This document shows positions 49,701-62,340 of a DNA stretch of 64,000 bases, in pieces; positions within the stretch are counted from its first letter, which is position 1, and each line of letters begins with the position of its first letter. The translations under genes and the position numbers were made by a program. The notes below the pieces were generated by a model, which was not told the origin of the DNA, did not search any database, and was given only the letters and a program-made list of their open reading frames with translations. Source of the stretch: Convolutriloba macropyga (taxonomy: Eukaryota); NCBI RefSeq assembly GCF_964194025.1, contig NC_134476.1:60636001-60700000 (forward strand). Reading direction: 5' to 3'.

Positions 49701-52700
49701 ATGGTTTATTGTTCTTATTAATTATTTGTCTCCAAATATTGGTGTGGAAAATGGGCAGGTTTTAGCTGCAACTCTAGTCATAGAATTGAGTCATACAATT
49801 TTTTCGCCTGATAGTTTTCACTGTTCACCCAAAGAAGATAATGAAGTAATTTTTCCTAGTTATTGCTCAAAATTTTTTACTTGATTGTTGAAATTCACCT
49901 TTTTTGTCTCCCTCACAATGATTTATGCTTTGTTGAAGCAAGTGTTGCTTGTATCCACTTAAAGCTCTGTGTGAAGCTTATCTTATACACAATTTTATCA
50001 GGTTGTTCTCTCAGCCTTTTAAAATGCCCTGTAAATTGTGCATCCCCGGTGTCAGTTTCTGAATGTCTTATTAATTGCTCTCAAATGAAGTTTGTAGCAA
50101 CTCTATTAGTCTTGTGGTCTTTTTTATGCAATTTCTTTTTGGACTGATTTTTTTGTTTGACCCTCTTGGCTTTTCGTCCTCAAAAACGGGATAAACAGGT
50201 AACGTTTTGAGGGCATGAATGGCTCCTAGGGCTTTTTGGCTTAATAGCCGCTAAACATTCAATTCACCGAATCTGTTTTGGATGAATGGCGGTTCTTGGA
50301 GTTTGAACCCTCTTCACCCCTGCACATTGTTCAATCCGCAACCCAGCGCGCCCCGCCGTGCTCACCCACGCCCTTCAATGAAGCCGAGGCTAGCCTCCCT
50401 ATGCCGTAGCTAGCTACTGACGAAGCCAACCGCTCGCCAGCTGTGTTTGAGAGCACTTCGCCCGACGTTAGTAGGTTTTGCTCCCAGACTGGCTTTGAAT
50501 CTACATTTTATGCCTGTAAGCCTTGAGTTTGGCCATCGCTTATAATCCTTCTCTTGTTCTTTCTTCTTATTCTAACCAAGTATAGTCTAACAAGTAGAGA
50601 TTCTTAAGTTATGTCAGGCTTATCTGATGCAAAATCAAAGGCAGGTATTTTTCTCTGCCTTTTAGAATAAAAAATTGAAAATTATATCAGCTGTCAGCTC
50701 TACTTTTTCCAATTTGATGTTGCTGCCAAAGGTCAGATGAAAAGCGAAAAATATGCAACACTCAATTTAAATACTTAAAATAGGTTCCGATATGAAAATA
50801 TGCGATCCATTGTAAGGCGAGAGTTCCCAGTATAAGCAGGTGGCAGCACTGAACTTGTCCTGTGAGAGCAGTTTTACCTTTTTTGTCCTTTGTATCTGCG
50901 TGTTTGTCGTGTTTCTGTTTGCCAGACCCAGCGAAGTGCTGTTTTTTGTTGCTCTTCTTTGTTGACTTGTCTTCACCAGATGTTCCCACGTCTTTGCCAC
51001 TAAAATTAATCACGCGGTTCGGCCATGTATAACGTATCGGCTTTTATATTTTTTATCGTTGTGGTCTCTATATTCTAGTGACTTAAGATTTTTTGTTTTT
51101 GGTATTTGACTTCGGTTTAATTGTGATCATGGCTAACGAATTCAAGTTTTATTATAACTTTTTGGAACGTCTGTTCTGCTAAGAATTTGAACCAGGGCTG
51201 TTATTGTCATTCCTTATTTGATCCCCCCTCATTCATTATTCCTTGTAGTCAACAATTAATTTATAAAGCCTGGAATGGAAAATATACCAGAAGTACTAAT
51301 GTGCTTGCTGAGACATAAACAAGCAATGCTGCTTATTAGCCCAATGAGCATTGGAGCCTGAAAATACCGATCAGAGAAACAAATTTCAGTTAATTGAAAT
51401 GGATGATCAAAAAGCAGTTTTAATTAATCCCAATAAACTGCTCTTTGAATCCAAGTAAACTCTTTTTCATTTAGGAAAAGGTTTTTTATGGATGCTCATC
51501 TAATGCTCACCTGTTATGAATTTTCTCATCAATGTAGTCTTTGTAATCATCCAGTTCACTTTCATCTTCATCGTCGTCGATCTTTTCATGTTGTGACTCT
51601 GTCTCTGGTTCTGGAGGTGGTGGTGGTGGGGGAGGAGGAGGAGGAGGGGGTGACCCTTTTGTACACATGCCCATCACTGCATATCTGGATGTCATTTTGC
51701 AGTACAGTCCAGTGCCACACCTTCCGAACTCATTGTACCTCCCTGCACATAGTTCTCCTTCTAATTTTCCACAGATCATGCAACAGTCGCATCGATCCAA
51801 TACAACTCTGGAATCATGATCAACAATGATAATAATAATGGTTATAATTGTTATCGATTTTGTATATATTATTCTAAGATTTTTCATCAACTATCTGCAA
51901 TTTGAAAATATTCATCATTTTTTCCTACAATATTTTTTTCCGGGGCTGTTCCCATTTTTTTTACTATAATCTTTTTCTTAAGCATTATTTCAATTTATCT
52001 TTGAATTTATCGTATAACAAAATAATGATCGGAATTCGGAGACTAAATTGAATAGAAGAGGTGCTAGCTACACAATAAACAATCCGTAAATGATTATCAG
52101 TTTGTCTCTGTTATTCTATTGGTTTTTTTTTGAATTTCTAGAAAATTTTTCTCATTTCGGGAAATCGCGGTAAATTTATCTTTATAGATAATTTACCGCG
52201 ATTTCCCGAAATGAGACACATTTTCTAGATATTCGAAAAACAAATGAAAAATAAACAGAGAGAAAGTAGTCTAAGACTAACTAAATCTCTCTGTCTGTTT
52301 TGAAAATTAAGGTTATATGTTTACTACGGCTTAGATTTATTGCAATATTGTAAAAATCTGTTTTTGAAAATTGAAACTAGAATAACCAAAATAGACTTTA
52401 ATTGACTACTTTTTCCACCTGGAATTACAACAGATTGGATTGGATTTTTTTGTGAATTTTTTAAAGAAATTTTTTAATCTGAAATCTCATTGTTGTCAAA
52501 AAGTATCTTGACTGTTATAATTCTTATTTTCTGTAGATTAGATTTTATGTTATTCAGATATACGCTGTGACTTGAACTCAACTAAGGAATCGCACTCTAA
52601 GTCAGTTAGTGGCTTTATTTTTTAAAAAAATTGTTCTCGACAGAAGTTAGTTTTTGCTTTTGGACTTCGACTTTTCGGTAGACGATGAATAGATAAATAT

Positions 52701-54321
52701 AGCGACAAAACTAAAATCAATTATACTTCTTTTATTTTCCTGGTGCTACCGTATCGATCTATCAATCAGATGTCAGATTTGAAGTCCTCTCACCCACCGA
52801 AAATCCATTTTAACATCCACAGATCTCAAACTGTCGAATTCGATCTAACCACGTCATAATAATCAGAGTTCCAATTCTAGTTCGAAATTTAATTTAGTAA
52901 AATCCAGATCTTTCGTCTCGAGTTTCTAATGTTAAACAAAGGTCTTTTTGTGCTGCAAATAGCGGGATCAATTATTGTTGTTTGGTGTCTTCTGGATTTA
53001 TAATTTTCTACGATATAAAAAATTTACCTCATTGTTTTTGTTTTTTAAAGATATCCTTTTGTTATCAATGGTTAGAACCTGTTTTTTTAAACTTATACTG
53101 TGGAAATTTTTCTTGCCAATCAATATGTCTAAATGAAAGCTTTTTCAAAATAAAAGCCCTTTAGAATTATTTGACATTTTTTATGTTTTCATTTGTGGAT
53201 CATGTCTTTTAATGAACTATTTGTAAATTTTTGAGAAGTAAAGGGCTTTTATGTTATGTCGGTATCTATTATTTAGCTTACCTCGCGTCCTTCGATAGCC
53301 TATGCCAGTTTGAAGAAGTCGTTTTCAGCAGAATGCAGCATACTTATTGGAAAACGGACCTGGTTTGCTACGTATGTTTGAGGTGCTTTTCTATGAACTA
53401 ACTAACTATCTCTGTCTACTAAGAAAAACCGCTTGACAGAGATATGCTCTATGTTGTCTGAAATTTTTAATGTTTCCAAGTAGTAATCAGAACTTTTTGA
53501 CTTTGCCTGCTGAGAGAAAGGTCTCTCTTTTTTTATACAGGTAACTAACTTTTTTTATATCCCTACCATAAGTGAAATCATCTTAGGAAGTATCTTTTGG
53601 TAGGCATATGATTGAAAGTTTGTTGTTTGAGATTGTTTTCGACTTCATTCAAGGTGAAAATAAGGCGATATGTTTGTCACAATGCTTTTTTGCAATCGTA
53701 ATTATTTTTTGTTTAATTATTCTTACTTTGAAAATTAAGGTTATATGTTTACTACGGCTTAGTTTTATTCCAAAAAAAATTGTTGTATAAATCTGTTTTT
53801 GAAAATTGAAACTAGAATGATCAAAATAGACACTAATTGACTTCTTTCTTCAACTTCATGTTTCCATTTTTAGCTGCTTAGTCCAAGAGAGAGAAATCAA
53901 CAAAAGTTGTACACAATTCTTAATTTAAACTGTCAAATTTTGCGTTTGGTTTGTAAATTTGAGAATAATGAAGTTTACAATGATTAAATTTGTAATTGAA
54001 CTTTTAAATTTTGACTTGAAAAAGGTTAATTTTTGGTTAAGTTCTTTTGAGTACGTCGTTCATTTGGATGATATTTTTTCAATTGTTTCGAATATATAGA
54101 TATGTTGATGTTAAAATCCTTCTCAAAAGTGCAAAAAATTAGCCTCACCCATTTGCGCAGTTAGTGGGTGATGCGCCACAAGCACTTGGATTGCAGTCGA
54201 CGCATTTAAAAGCAGAACTGACACTGGTGTTGCATGTTGCAATTTGGATATGACATAAACTGGCAAATAAAAAAAGAACAGTCAAAAAGAAACAGTCTCT
54301 GGAGCGCACGTGTACGGACAT
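46555..54321 (-). CDS. Secreted IGFBP-N-domain protein with poly-Pro/acidic/basic linker and C-terminal Cys-rich domain, ~340 aa: join(54321..54149, 51807..51511, 50999..50878, 48766..48556, 46774..46555)
   Basis: All four introns are GT-AG with matching phases (2, 2, 1, 2), and the total is 1023 nt. The IGFBP domain is split across exons 1-2. An alternative end via a 40-nt intron (46536-46575) would give ...SFK-LGTDKFTWS*. Confidence 0.85.
48556..48766 (-). CDS. IGFBP-domain gene exon 4
   Basis: CTTTTCAG|AT; DEGSSGGKKTKPLPEKDLDSSLYPDLHLMDDPNRFSPSPFKSEDVCHPDCTEAFCSQYPRSLCSARNQLY; AG|GTACTA. Confidence 0.82.
50878..50999 (-). CDS. IGFBP-domain gene exon 3 (Lys-rich linker)
   Basis: TTTTAG|T GKDVGTSGEDKSTKKSNKKQHF...DTKDKK G|GTAAAA supplies exactly the phase 2-to-1 bridge needed between the flanking exons. 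Confidence 0.78.
51511..51807 (-). CDS. IGFBP-domain gene exon 2
   Basis: Acceptor TTCCAG|A; VVLDRCDCCMICGKLEGELCAGRYNEFGRCGTGLYC...GMC, 13 consecutive Pro, acidic tract; donor AG|GTGAGC. Confidence 0.9.
52105..52261. repeat. ~157-bp foldback hairpin in intron 1 of the IGFBP-domain gene
   Basis: 27-bp perfect arms 52150-52176 / 52190-52216, extending imperfectly to ~75 bp per arm. Confidence 0.9.
52298..53850. repeat. ~120-bp direct repeat pair (52298-52415 and 53727-53850)
   Basis: Both copies start TTTGAAAATTAAGGTTATATGTTTACTACGGCTTAG and share AATCTGTTTTTGAAAATTGAAACTAGAAT. Confidence 0.8.
54149..54321 (-). CDS. IGFBP-domain gene exon 1 (signal peptide + start of IB domain)
   Basis: aaaATG context; MSVHVRSRDCFFLTVLFLFASLCHIQIATC...FKCVDCNPSACGASPTNCAN-G; donor GG|GTGAGG. 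Confidence 0.85.
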
Positions 54322-57300
54322 TTTGATAGCGGAATAAAGATAACAATACTGTTTCAATAAAGGTTCAAATAAACCACGCGAGAGAGCGAAGTGAGTGAAT
54401 GCTTTTACGTAAATATATCAAAATTTAATGTTCGTCTGAGCTCGGCTGTAAAATGAAACTGTAAAAAGATAATTAAGTGTATTTCAGATGCAATTTAAAA
54501 GGGAAGGGGATTAGAAGGACAATTTGAATGGTTTGTTAGTAGGTGTTGTAAAATGAGAGAATTTGGAGAATGATAAGATTTATTGCTCAAGTTGGTGTTA
54601 ATTGATCTTGGATTGGAAACTTTGCTATTTTCACTTTGCCATCATAAATTCTACTCTCTCAATTTAAACTGTCAAATTTTGTTGTTTCACTTTTGTAATT
54701 GGAGGAATAAACTTGAGTTTAAAATGATAAAAGTTCCCAGTTGCAAATAATCTTTTCAAAATAAAGAAATCTCCCACAATTTAAAATGTAAACTTTTTTG
54801 TTACAACTTTTAAATGAGAGAATAATTTGAAATTAACTTTTCCTTTCAAATTAAGACCAGATCATAAACTGTCAACTTAGTTTTCGGGTTGTCAAAAGAC
54901 GAATATTTGTTCACTTGCAAATAAACTTTTAAATTAATTTAAACAATCAAACTTTGGTTACAACTTAAAAAGGAAAATGAAATGTAACGTGTATGAAGTT
55001 TCAAAGTATAATTATATCTTCAAAATGAAAGATCGCAATTTAAAATGTCAGCTTAGCTTTCAATTTCAAGTTGTTAAATGGGAAATGATTTGAAATTTAA
55101 ACTGTCTATCGAAATAAAAACTCATTTTGTTTTATTAATATTTGTGTTTTGTGTCTTGTAACGTCACGATCGCGTGCTGAATTTTAGTGTTAGTTTACTC
55201 TTTTTATCAAAATATTCTCAACTTTCTATTATTTTCTGTCAAATCACAAATTTTGGGTTAATATCAGCGGAAAATTTCCAATTGCAAAATTTCACAAGAA
55301 GTATTCGAAATATTTTTGTGTTGTAAATTGAGCACTGTTGAGTTTTTACAATTCAGTAGTCAATTGTGATAATTTTAAGAGAGGGAAAGTAGTTAGTAAT
55401 TCTCGCTCTTGCTTTTGAGATAGAGAAGTGTATTATCCCGCTGGCTTTTATGAAGATTTCTAGGTTTTTGGGTGAAATTTAGCCAATTATTGGACCGACC
55501 GCTGCTTTCTCTGGCAATTTTCACCCGCCAAATCCAGCAAAATCAATAATGCACCCTCGCACTTTGGAAGCGAAGCCTCTCAATGCACTTTTTGCCCAGC
55601 GGGTTTAGATTGTAATCTGGAGGATTTTGAGCAAAGTAAGATTTAGGGTGTTTTAGATTGGCTCTGAGGGGGAGGGGAGTGTTAGTGTACGTGTTAGCCA
55701 GTTAAAGTGAGTGCCAGTTTGTAATCAAAACCAGGTAAAGTTTGCTCCCATTTGTTAAATCCCCTTTTTGGGTCTCCAAAATACCCTTCTAGAATCTTAA
55801 TTGTGGACCTGAATAGAAAGATATTGTCATAGTTGTAATGTATTCTGTGTATTCAACTGTTTCGTACAATATTTATGTGCAAAATTTCCACTATTTATGT
55901 CTTTGTTGCTCTTCGTGGCTGTAGTTTTGAGGTTGTTAAAGTTTCACGTGTCATCTAAAAAATTTTTTCTTTTCTCGAAAGTTTTTAGCTAGACTTGGAC
56001 AATTTTTTATGCAAATTAATTGCGCAGCAGTTGAGTATCTTTCTTAAAATATACTTTCTTAATGTTAAAATGGCTCAAATTGAACAAGAATCTGATCAAT
56101 ACATGAACTAAATTATCAGAATTCGTGAAAAGGAATTGAACAAAAGTTTTATAATATAAGTTTAAAAAGTTTTATAAAGGTTAATTTGATATTTGAATTT
56201 GGCATTTTTTGGAGGCAACTTTTAGCATTTGCCTGGATTTCCCGAGGGAGACTGAATGGCTACGATTTAATCTTGTTCAAGTGTCAAATAACTGATTTGA
56301 TATTTAAGACAAATTTGTCCAATCTTCATTTCTCCAGGCAAACGGCGACTTGTGTGACTTTGGGAAGATAGGAATCTGAGTTTGCAATAAGCTTCCCAGT
56401 TGAAATAGTCTGTGACAGTTAATTTGAAGCCAGAATTCAAGTTGTGTTTCGATCGAATCGCAAATTTGTCAGACTTGATAGCTCCATTCAAACATTTCTT
56501 AAATTTAACAACTCCCAAACACTTTATCCACAATTTGCAGACTACTGGCACCATTAGAATATTTTAAAAAAATACTTATATGCAAAAATTGAGCGGATGT
56601 AATGAACTCAATACCTAAATACTCAATTACTTGTATTTTTTTTTAAATTTTGCAATAATGCCCTATGGGCATAGCCATCTGGTTCATCAGCTTTAATGAA
56701 TTGGTATATTTCGTCAGCACAAAGTACCCAATGCGAAATTGCCGATGTGCCAAAAAGCAATAAATCCATTTTTATACCCACTAATACCCATTTGTTCAAA
56801 TTAGTAGAGAGATTATTCATTATAAGTGTGCCTAAGAGAGAGATTTTGTCTAATTGGAGTCAGGTTTTGCCATGCCTCAGTGGACTGTGGGATTTGATAT
56901 GTAGCTATTGCAACTGAACAAAGTTTTTTAAACTAAAACATTTGTGCCTGGAGGGACGTCATCTAATTTACGCCAGGTTATAAACATTACTAAAATGTCA
57001 CCTATTTTTGATGCTTACATCAGCAAAGATATATATCTTTTTACCTGTAATCATACAGTCCAAAACGAAGTTGACTTTTATATTTTGAGAGCTTCATTTA
57101 GCCTGAATGCTTCAATTTCCCAATAAAAATGAAATCTATATCTTGAGGGTTACAAAATGGCGTCTTTCTTTCTTTCTTCTCTACTATGCGTAAACAATAA
57201 GCGAAGATAAAGCCAGCATGGCATATATTTTTCCCCATTTTTGAAAAAAAGTGGTGGAAAAACTAAGATGTTTTGCCCCTTTTAGCAGAAGCTTTCAATA

Positions 57301-59197
57301 AAACTAAAATTTGATAATTGTGGTGGCAGTTTAGAGAAAATGTGTTCTCTTTGCGCAGAAATAGTTACGCAGAAAATTGCTGGATTAAAGCTGGAACCAA
57401 GATGGTTCTGGGATGGAAGTTTTCTTAAATATAACTGCGGAAAAATGTAGCTTTTCTTCAGAGGTTTTACTTCATGTAAAGTGCAACAAGCAGTATATAG
57501 GTTGAACTGTATTAGCTCCGATGTCTAGCCTATTTATTATGAAGCAACATGCAATCCTGCACAGTAGATCTTGTTTTCGAGCTGCTGGCAATTTTGAATG
57601 ATCTTCTACAGCGATTTCGCGTTTGTATTTTCTTCTTCAGGGTTGACGAGTGATTCGGTTACTGTTATCTTTTTGGGCTAAATTGTTAGGCATGATCGTC
57701 TATTGCCTCGATCAATTTTAAAAAAATAATAACCCTTGGAAAAGTTAAAATTCCAAAGTCTACCAGCATCTGATGATGTAAATGTTTGAATATTTTTTTT
57801 TGTCTTTTCAAAAACAGCGCTAAATGTTTTTTTGCGAAAAAATTGCTCTTGTTTCCAATTGCTAATGGAGTTTGTAAATGGTATCTTAAAGTAACTCAAA
57901 TTTAATCAATACCCCAGATGATATTATATTTTGCTCCAGTGTGACATAGTCTGAGCAAACAAAACCCGACTTCAGCTACAGTTGTAAATGTCCAAAATTA
58001 ATTTAGCCCAACTTTTCCCGCAGTGTAATTTAGCCCTGAGGATTAGAAACCCTGTAGTGATAGGTAAACACAGCTTACCCCAGAACCAATCAACACACCT
58101 TAAGTTGGGGTGTTGAATTGATCGCTTTATGAAGGGACTAATTTGGGGAGAGTGAATTGTGTAGAAACTATGACTTAACATCTTAAATTTACTAGACTGC
58201 AAAATAAAATTTATGGACATCGATGAAATTAAAAACAGATTCTAAGGATTTCTCTAAAGCGTTTGACGCGTTCTTGAATTAATAAAGCGATTTATAGTTA
58301 TGTAACTGATGTTTATGTATTCATAACTCGTAAACTAATTTATTTTTGATTAATTTATTAACAAGTTGTGTCCCTTTTCAGATTTGTTTAATGAGTTTTA
58401 TGTGCGTGGGGTGAGGGTGCTGCTGCTGGATTGATTAATTGCCCCTTTGTTGGTCAACCGCTGGAGCAAATTTGGGATTGTTGTGACCAATCAAGGAAAA
58501 CTTGTAGGTGGGAATCAGGTAATAAAATATGGGCCTAATTCAGTAGGGAGGGGTAGGGTGTCACCTTAATAATTGTCATAGACAATCAGTAAGGACCACA
58601 TTTATTTGCATTGGCGTGAAAATAAAAATATGCCTCTTGGGTGGAAAAAGCTGTGCGATCATAGCGCGAAAAATGTTCACGTAAAATTCACCCTTTGTTG
58701 AAATCAATTTGAGGTTGTGAGTCAGAGCTATAATTGATGATAATAGTAATAATTAAGTACATAATTGCGTTTATCATTTTTAAGCGATTTTTATAACATT
58801 TCGGTATCTTTAGAAATCTTCTTTGTCTCGGCTATTTGATTGTTAGGTCAGATCGACTACTATAATACCTATTTGTTTAATAGAGAGGACCATTAATAAA
58901 ACAAGAAGGCTTTCATTATTCTGTGTGCTCCATAGTTTTCTTTGCGCATTTGTATTGCACAGCATGCAAGACATCATATAGTAGCAATGTTGCAGGAACG
59001 CTTGAATACGTCCAAAGCTTGTCATTAAAACACAGCATAGAATTTGCAAGAAAAAGTCTCCATTGCTCAACTGTCGTTTCTATTAAGATTGATAATTATG
59101 CCTTTATTTTACCCACCTTTATCGTAGAAACGTACGCCAAAATTTAAAGATATTTGGAACAATTTGCAATTGTGTAAACTTCAAATAAATTTTGTTT

Positions 59198-61395
59198 AAT
59201 AGCCGCACAGCGATAGCTGGGGCTGTTATTGGCCTTCTCTTGGTTTTTTACAATTCAAAGAATTTGAATTGTATTGGTGCGCTGTTTTTTTTTTTGTAAG
59301 ATGTGTTCACACATTTTTCAATTACTTTGATCTTTCAAAACGGGATAAACAGGTAAAGCCCAGCGGGCATTAAGTTTTATTAGAGGCCCAAAGTGAGCTT
59401 TAGTAGTACTTCAAGTGATTATAGTGCTGTAGCTGCTGGGATGACCTTAATTTAAGGTTAAAAGGTCATTTTTAGGAGTTTTTGGGCTCAAAATGGAGGA
59501 ATTTTTCATGTTTTTTTTTGTGATTTTTTTGAGTTTTTTGTTTGATTAGTCTTAGGTTGAAGTTTTTAAAAGTCGATGAAGGCCTTTTGCGAGACAAAGT
59601 TACTTGCTATGACCATTTTATGAGCTATATGTTTTGGTACTACAAACACAAACACGCAAAATGATACTAATTTTTTTCAGGTTTTTTGAAAATTTTTTGA
59701 GTTTTTTTAAGTTTTTTCAGCCCTAGGTGTCAAGAAGCCTCCTCTAGGGTTTGATAATAGATTTTTGCATAATTTCTAGTGGTAATGAAATGGTTTTCAA
59801 CTTTTTGACACCACGAATTTTAGCATTTTTTGACAAAACTTTTTATTATGACAAATATTTTTCATATTTTTTGATATTTATTGTCATTATTCAGGTTGCT
59901 TGAGTCTCAGGGTCCAGAAAACCTAATTAGGGGTTGGGTAATAAGTTTCTGAAAATTTTATAGTGGCAATGGAATAGGTTTCAAATTTAGAGTATCACAA
60001 TTTATAGCAATTTTTTGACAAAACAGTGGATTGCTTTCCAACGTTTCAATGCCTCGAATTTTAGCATTTTTTTGATAAAATCTGCAAATTTTTTTGGGTT
60101 TCCTAAAGTGTTTGTGAATTTTTGATATTTGTCCATTCTCAAGTGTGAGAAGGCCTATTCCACGTTCTGATAAAAGGTTACTGCATGGTTGCTAGTTTCA
60201 ATGGATTTGTTTTCAATAATTAAACTTTTCGACTTTTAGAAGCTTCTTGAAAAATTAGCAATTTTTTTTCAAGTTTTTTCAACATTTGTATTATTTAGTT
60301 TTTCTTGCGTCAGTGGCCATCATCTTGCGTCGGTAACCTCATCCAGGGTTGGATAGTATGTTATTAAATAGTTGCTAGGGGGCAATTGAACGGCTTTCAA
60401 CATTTTTATAGACCGAATTTCTATTTTTTGAAGTTTTAAATTTCTAAAAATTATTGCCTATCGATATTTGAGCCAATGAATTTTTTAAGGTTTTGAATTG
60501 GGTTATTGGATAGCTTCTAGAGACACAGAAATGAGTTTGAAGATATTAATATCACGTTTTTCAGCCACATTTCATAATTTGCATTTCATTCCTTTTTTTA
60601 AAATTTTTTGGTCATTTTCGAGTTAATCGATCTTCAAGGGCCAATGAATTTTGTTTCAGTTCTTGCAGATATAATACTGGACCAATTTCACAAACAAAAT
60701 TTGGTTTTGACATAATTTTGAAATTAGTGTTTTTAAAGGGAAAAAATTTTGCCTCAAGTTTAAAAGCTTCAAGAGTTTTAGCAATGAGTATATTTTTGTT
60801 TAGTTTGTTTGATTGTTTTTCTTTCTCAATTTTTCGAGATGATTTTGTTTGTGTTTTGGCTGGCATTGTTGTTCAGTTGATCTGCTGGTCAGGAAGAGTA
60901 CTTTTGAGTTTTTCATTCAATTCTTTGAATTGTATTTCAGGACTTGTCCTGCTGTTTTTTTTATTTCATAATTTTTGCTACGACCATATGACATCACAGC
61001 CACTTTGTGTTCATTCGTTCATGCAATTTCAACTGAATTGCATGTGTGACGTCATTTTTCGCTCTTAGTGGAGCGAGTTTTTTTGTTCAATCGCATGATT
61101 AAATTTTTGGTCACACTTGACTTACCTCACTCTCAAAAATGACTTCCTCACTTTGAAATTGACTTTTTACTTTAATTCAAAGAGATAAGGTCAAATGGGT
61201 GTTTGTCACTATAAATGAAGGTTATTTGAGATCAGCTAATAGAGGCAGCAATAACTTATACAGATTTTAATAAAAATATAACAAATCAGCCTTCAATGAA
61301 AAGACAATTTTTTTTGATCTGTCTTTTTAACTGTTTTTTTAGACCGCCGATCTACAAATCTATTGCGGCTATTTTCTGGCAATCTTCCAGCTATG
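59198..61395 (+). mobile_element. Family A Helentron/HINE-like element, long copy with internal ~185-230-bp tandem repeats
   Basis: 5' AATAGCCGCACAGCGATAGCTG and 3' TTGCGGCTATTTT-CTGG-caatctt-CCAG-CTATGTTTTT. Internal degenerate units start near 59744, 59928, 60161, 60343 and 60500. Confidence 0.68.
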
Positions 61396-61518
61396 TTTTT
61401 CTCTTCGTCTAGATTATAATGCAGTAAAAGGTGTTAGTAGCTTAGTATTCTCAATATTTTTTGGTTTTATCAAGCATTTTTAATTACTCTGGAAGCAGTT
61501 ATTGATAACAAACGCGTG

Positions 61519-61914
61519 TCTTATGTAAAAGGTTCACTTAGCCGTTCTTGCACTTTGATAGAATGTTCTGGAGTTTTTCCAGTGACTTTCAAGTAATTTC
61601 TTGACGTTTGACTTTAATTTTTGCATGATCTAAAATGCTCTCTTTCCAAAATTAAGTCTCTTGCTAAGCTCGAATTAATTAAGCTGAAATAGTTAAAATG
61701 TTAAAACTTGCAGTGAGCCATCCAGGCTTAAACCCATTCTGTCCGATTTTTCGGACGCTTGAATTGTTTTTGAACTACCCTTCTATCGCTTGCGCGCAAT
61801 TCGTCAGACGTTAATCGGTTGATGTTTATTTTTCAAAAATTACGTAGAAAGAAAGTTAAAATTTATGCGTCAAATGTCGGGTTTTTCACGCGTTAATCTG
61901 TGCTGGTATTTTAG
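61519..61914. repeat. ~400-bp near-identical direct repeat, copy 1
   Basis: Matches 63604-64000 with only a handful of substitutions/indels. Confidence 0.95.
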
Positions 61915-61984
61915 AATAAGTTTAGTTGTTAGGCGTTTGAAAGCATGTCATGTTGTCAATAGTTAAAGCTAAAATATTATTCAT

Positions 61985-62340
61985 TAATTGCTCTTGAACG
62001 CAGTTCATAGCAATTATTGTAAAGGTGTGTGTCTTTTTTATGCAAATCTTTTGCTTGACAATTTTGCGCTTTTCTTCTAGAACATTCTTTGATTTCTCAA
62101 GTGACTTTTCACGCTTTCGTTCTTTATTTTTGAGTGATCTCTTTTGCTCTCACTCCGAAGTAAAGCTTGTTGCTAATATGAAGTCGGTTGCAGCAAAGCA
62201 TAGACAAGAGACTGGTAGCCGAGTGGTCAGTGCATCTGGTTGAGGACCGAGAGGTCAGTGGTTCGAATCCCGACGGGATCAAAAGTTTTTGCACTTGCCT
62301 GTCGATCGAGAGCAATTCTTCCAACATTAGTCGGTTTATG
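61985..62340 (+). mobile_element. Family B HINE-like element with internal tRNA-like cassette
   Basis: 5' palindrome TAATTGCTCTTGAACGCAGTTCATAGCAATTA, 3' inverted copy GAGAGCAATT (62308-62317), then the hairpin CC(A/G)AC-nTTA-GTCGG and Ts. Confidence 0.72.
62212..62290 (+). other. tRNA-derived Pol III promoter cassette (not a functional tRNA)
   Basis: A-box TAGCCGAGTGG (62216-62226), B-box GGTTCGAATCC (62260-62270) and T5 at 62286-62290. The acceptor and T stems do not pair properly. Confidence 0.75.

Noticed and set aside
62212-62283. Functional tRNA gene (also 29525-29600)
   Set aside because: A/B boxes are present, but the acceptor, anticodon and T stems do not pair, and the sequence is embedded in a dispersed repeat.
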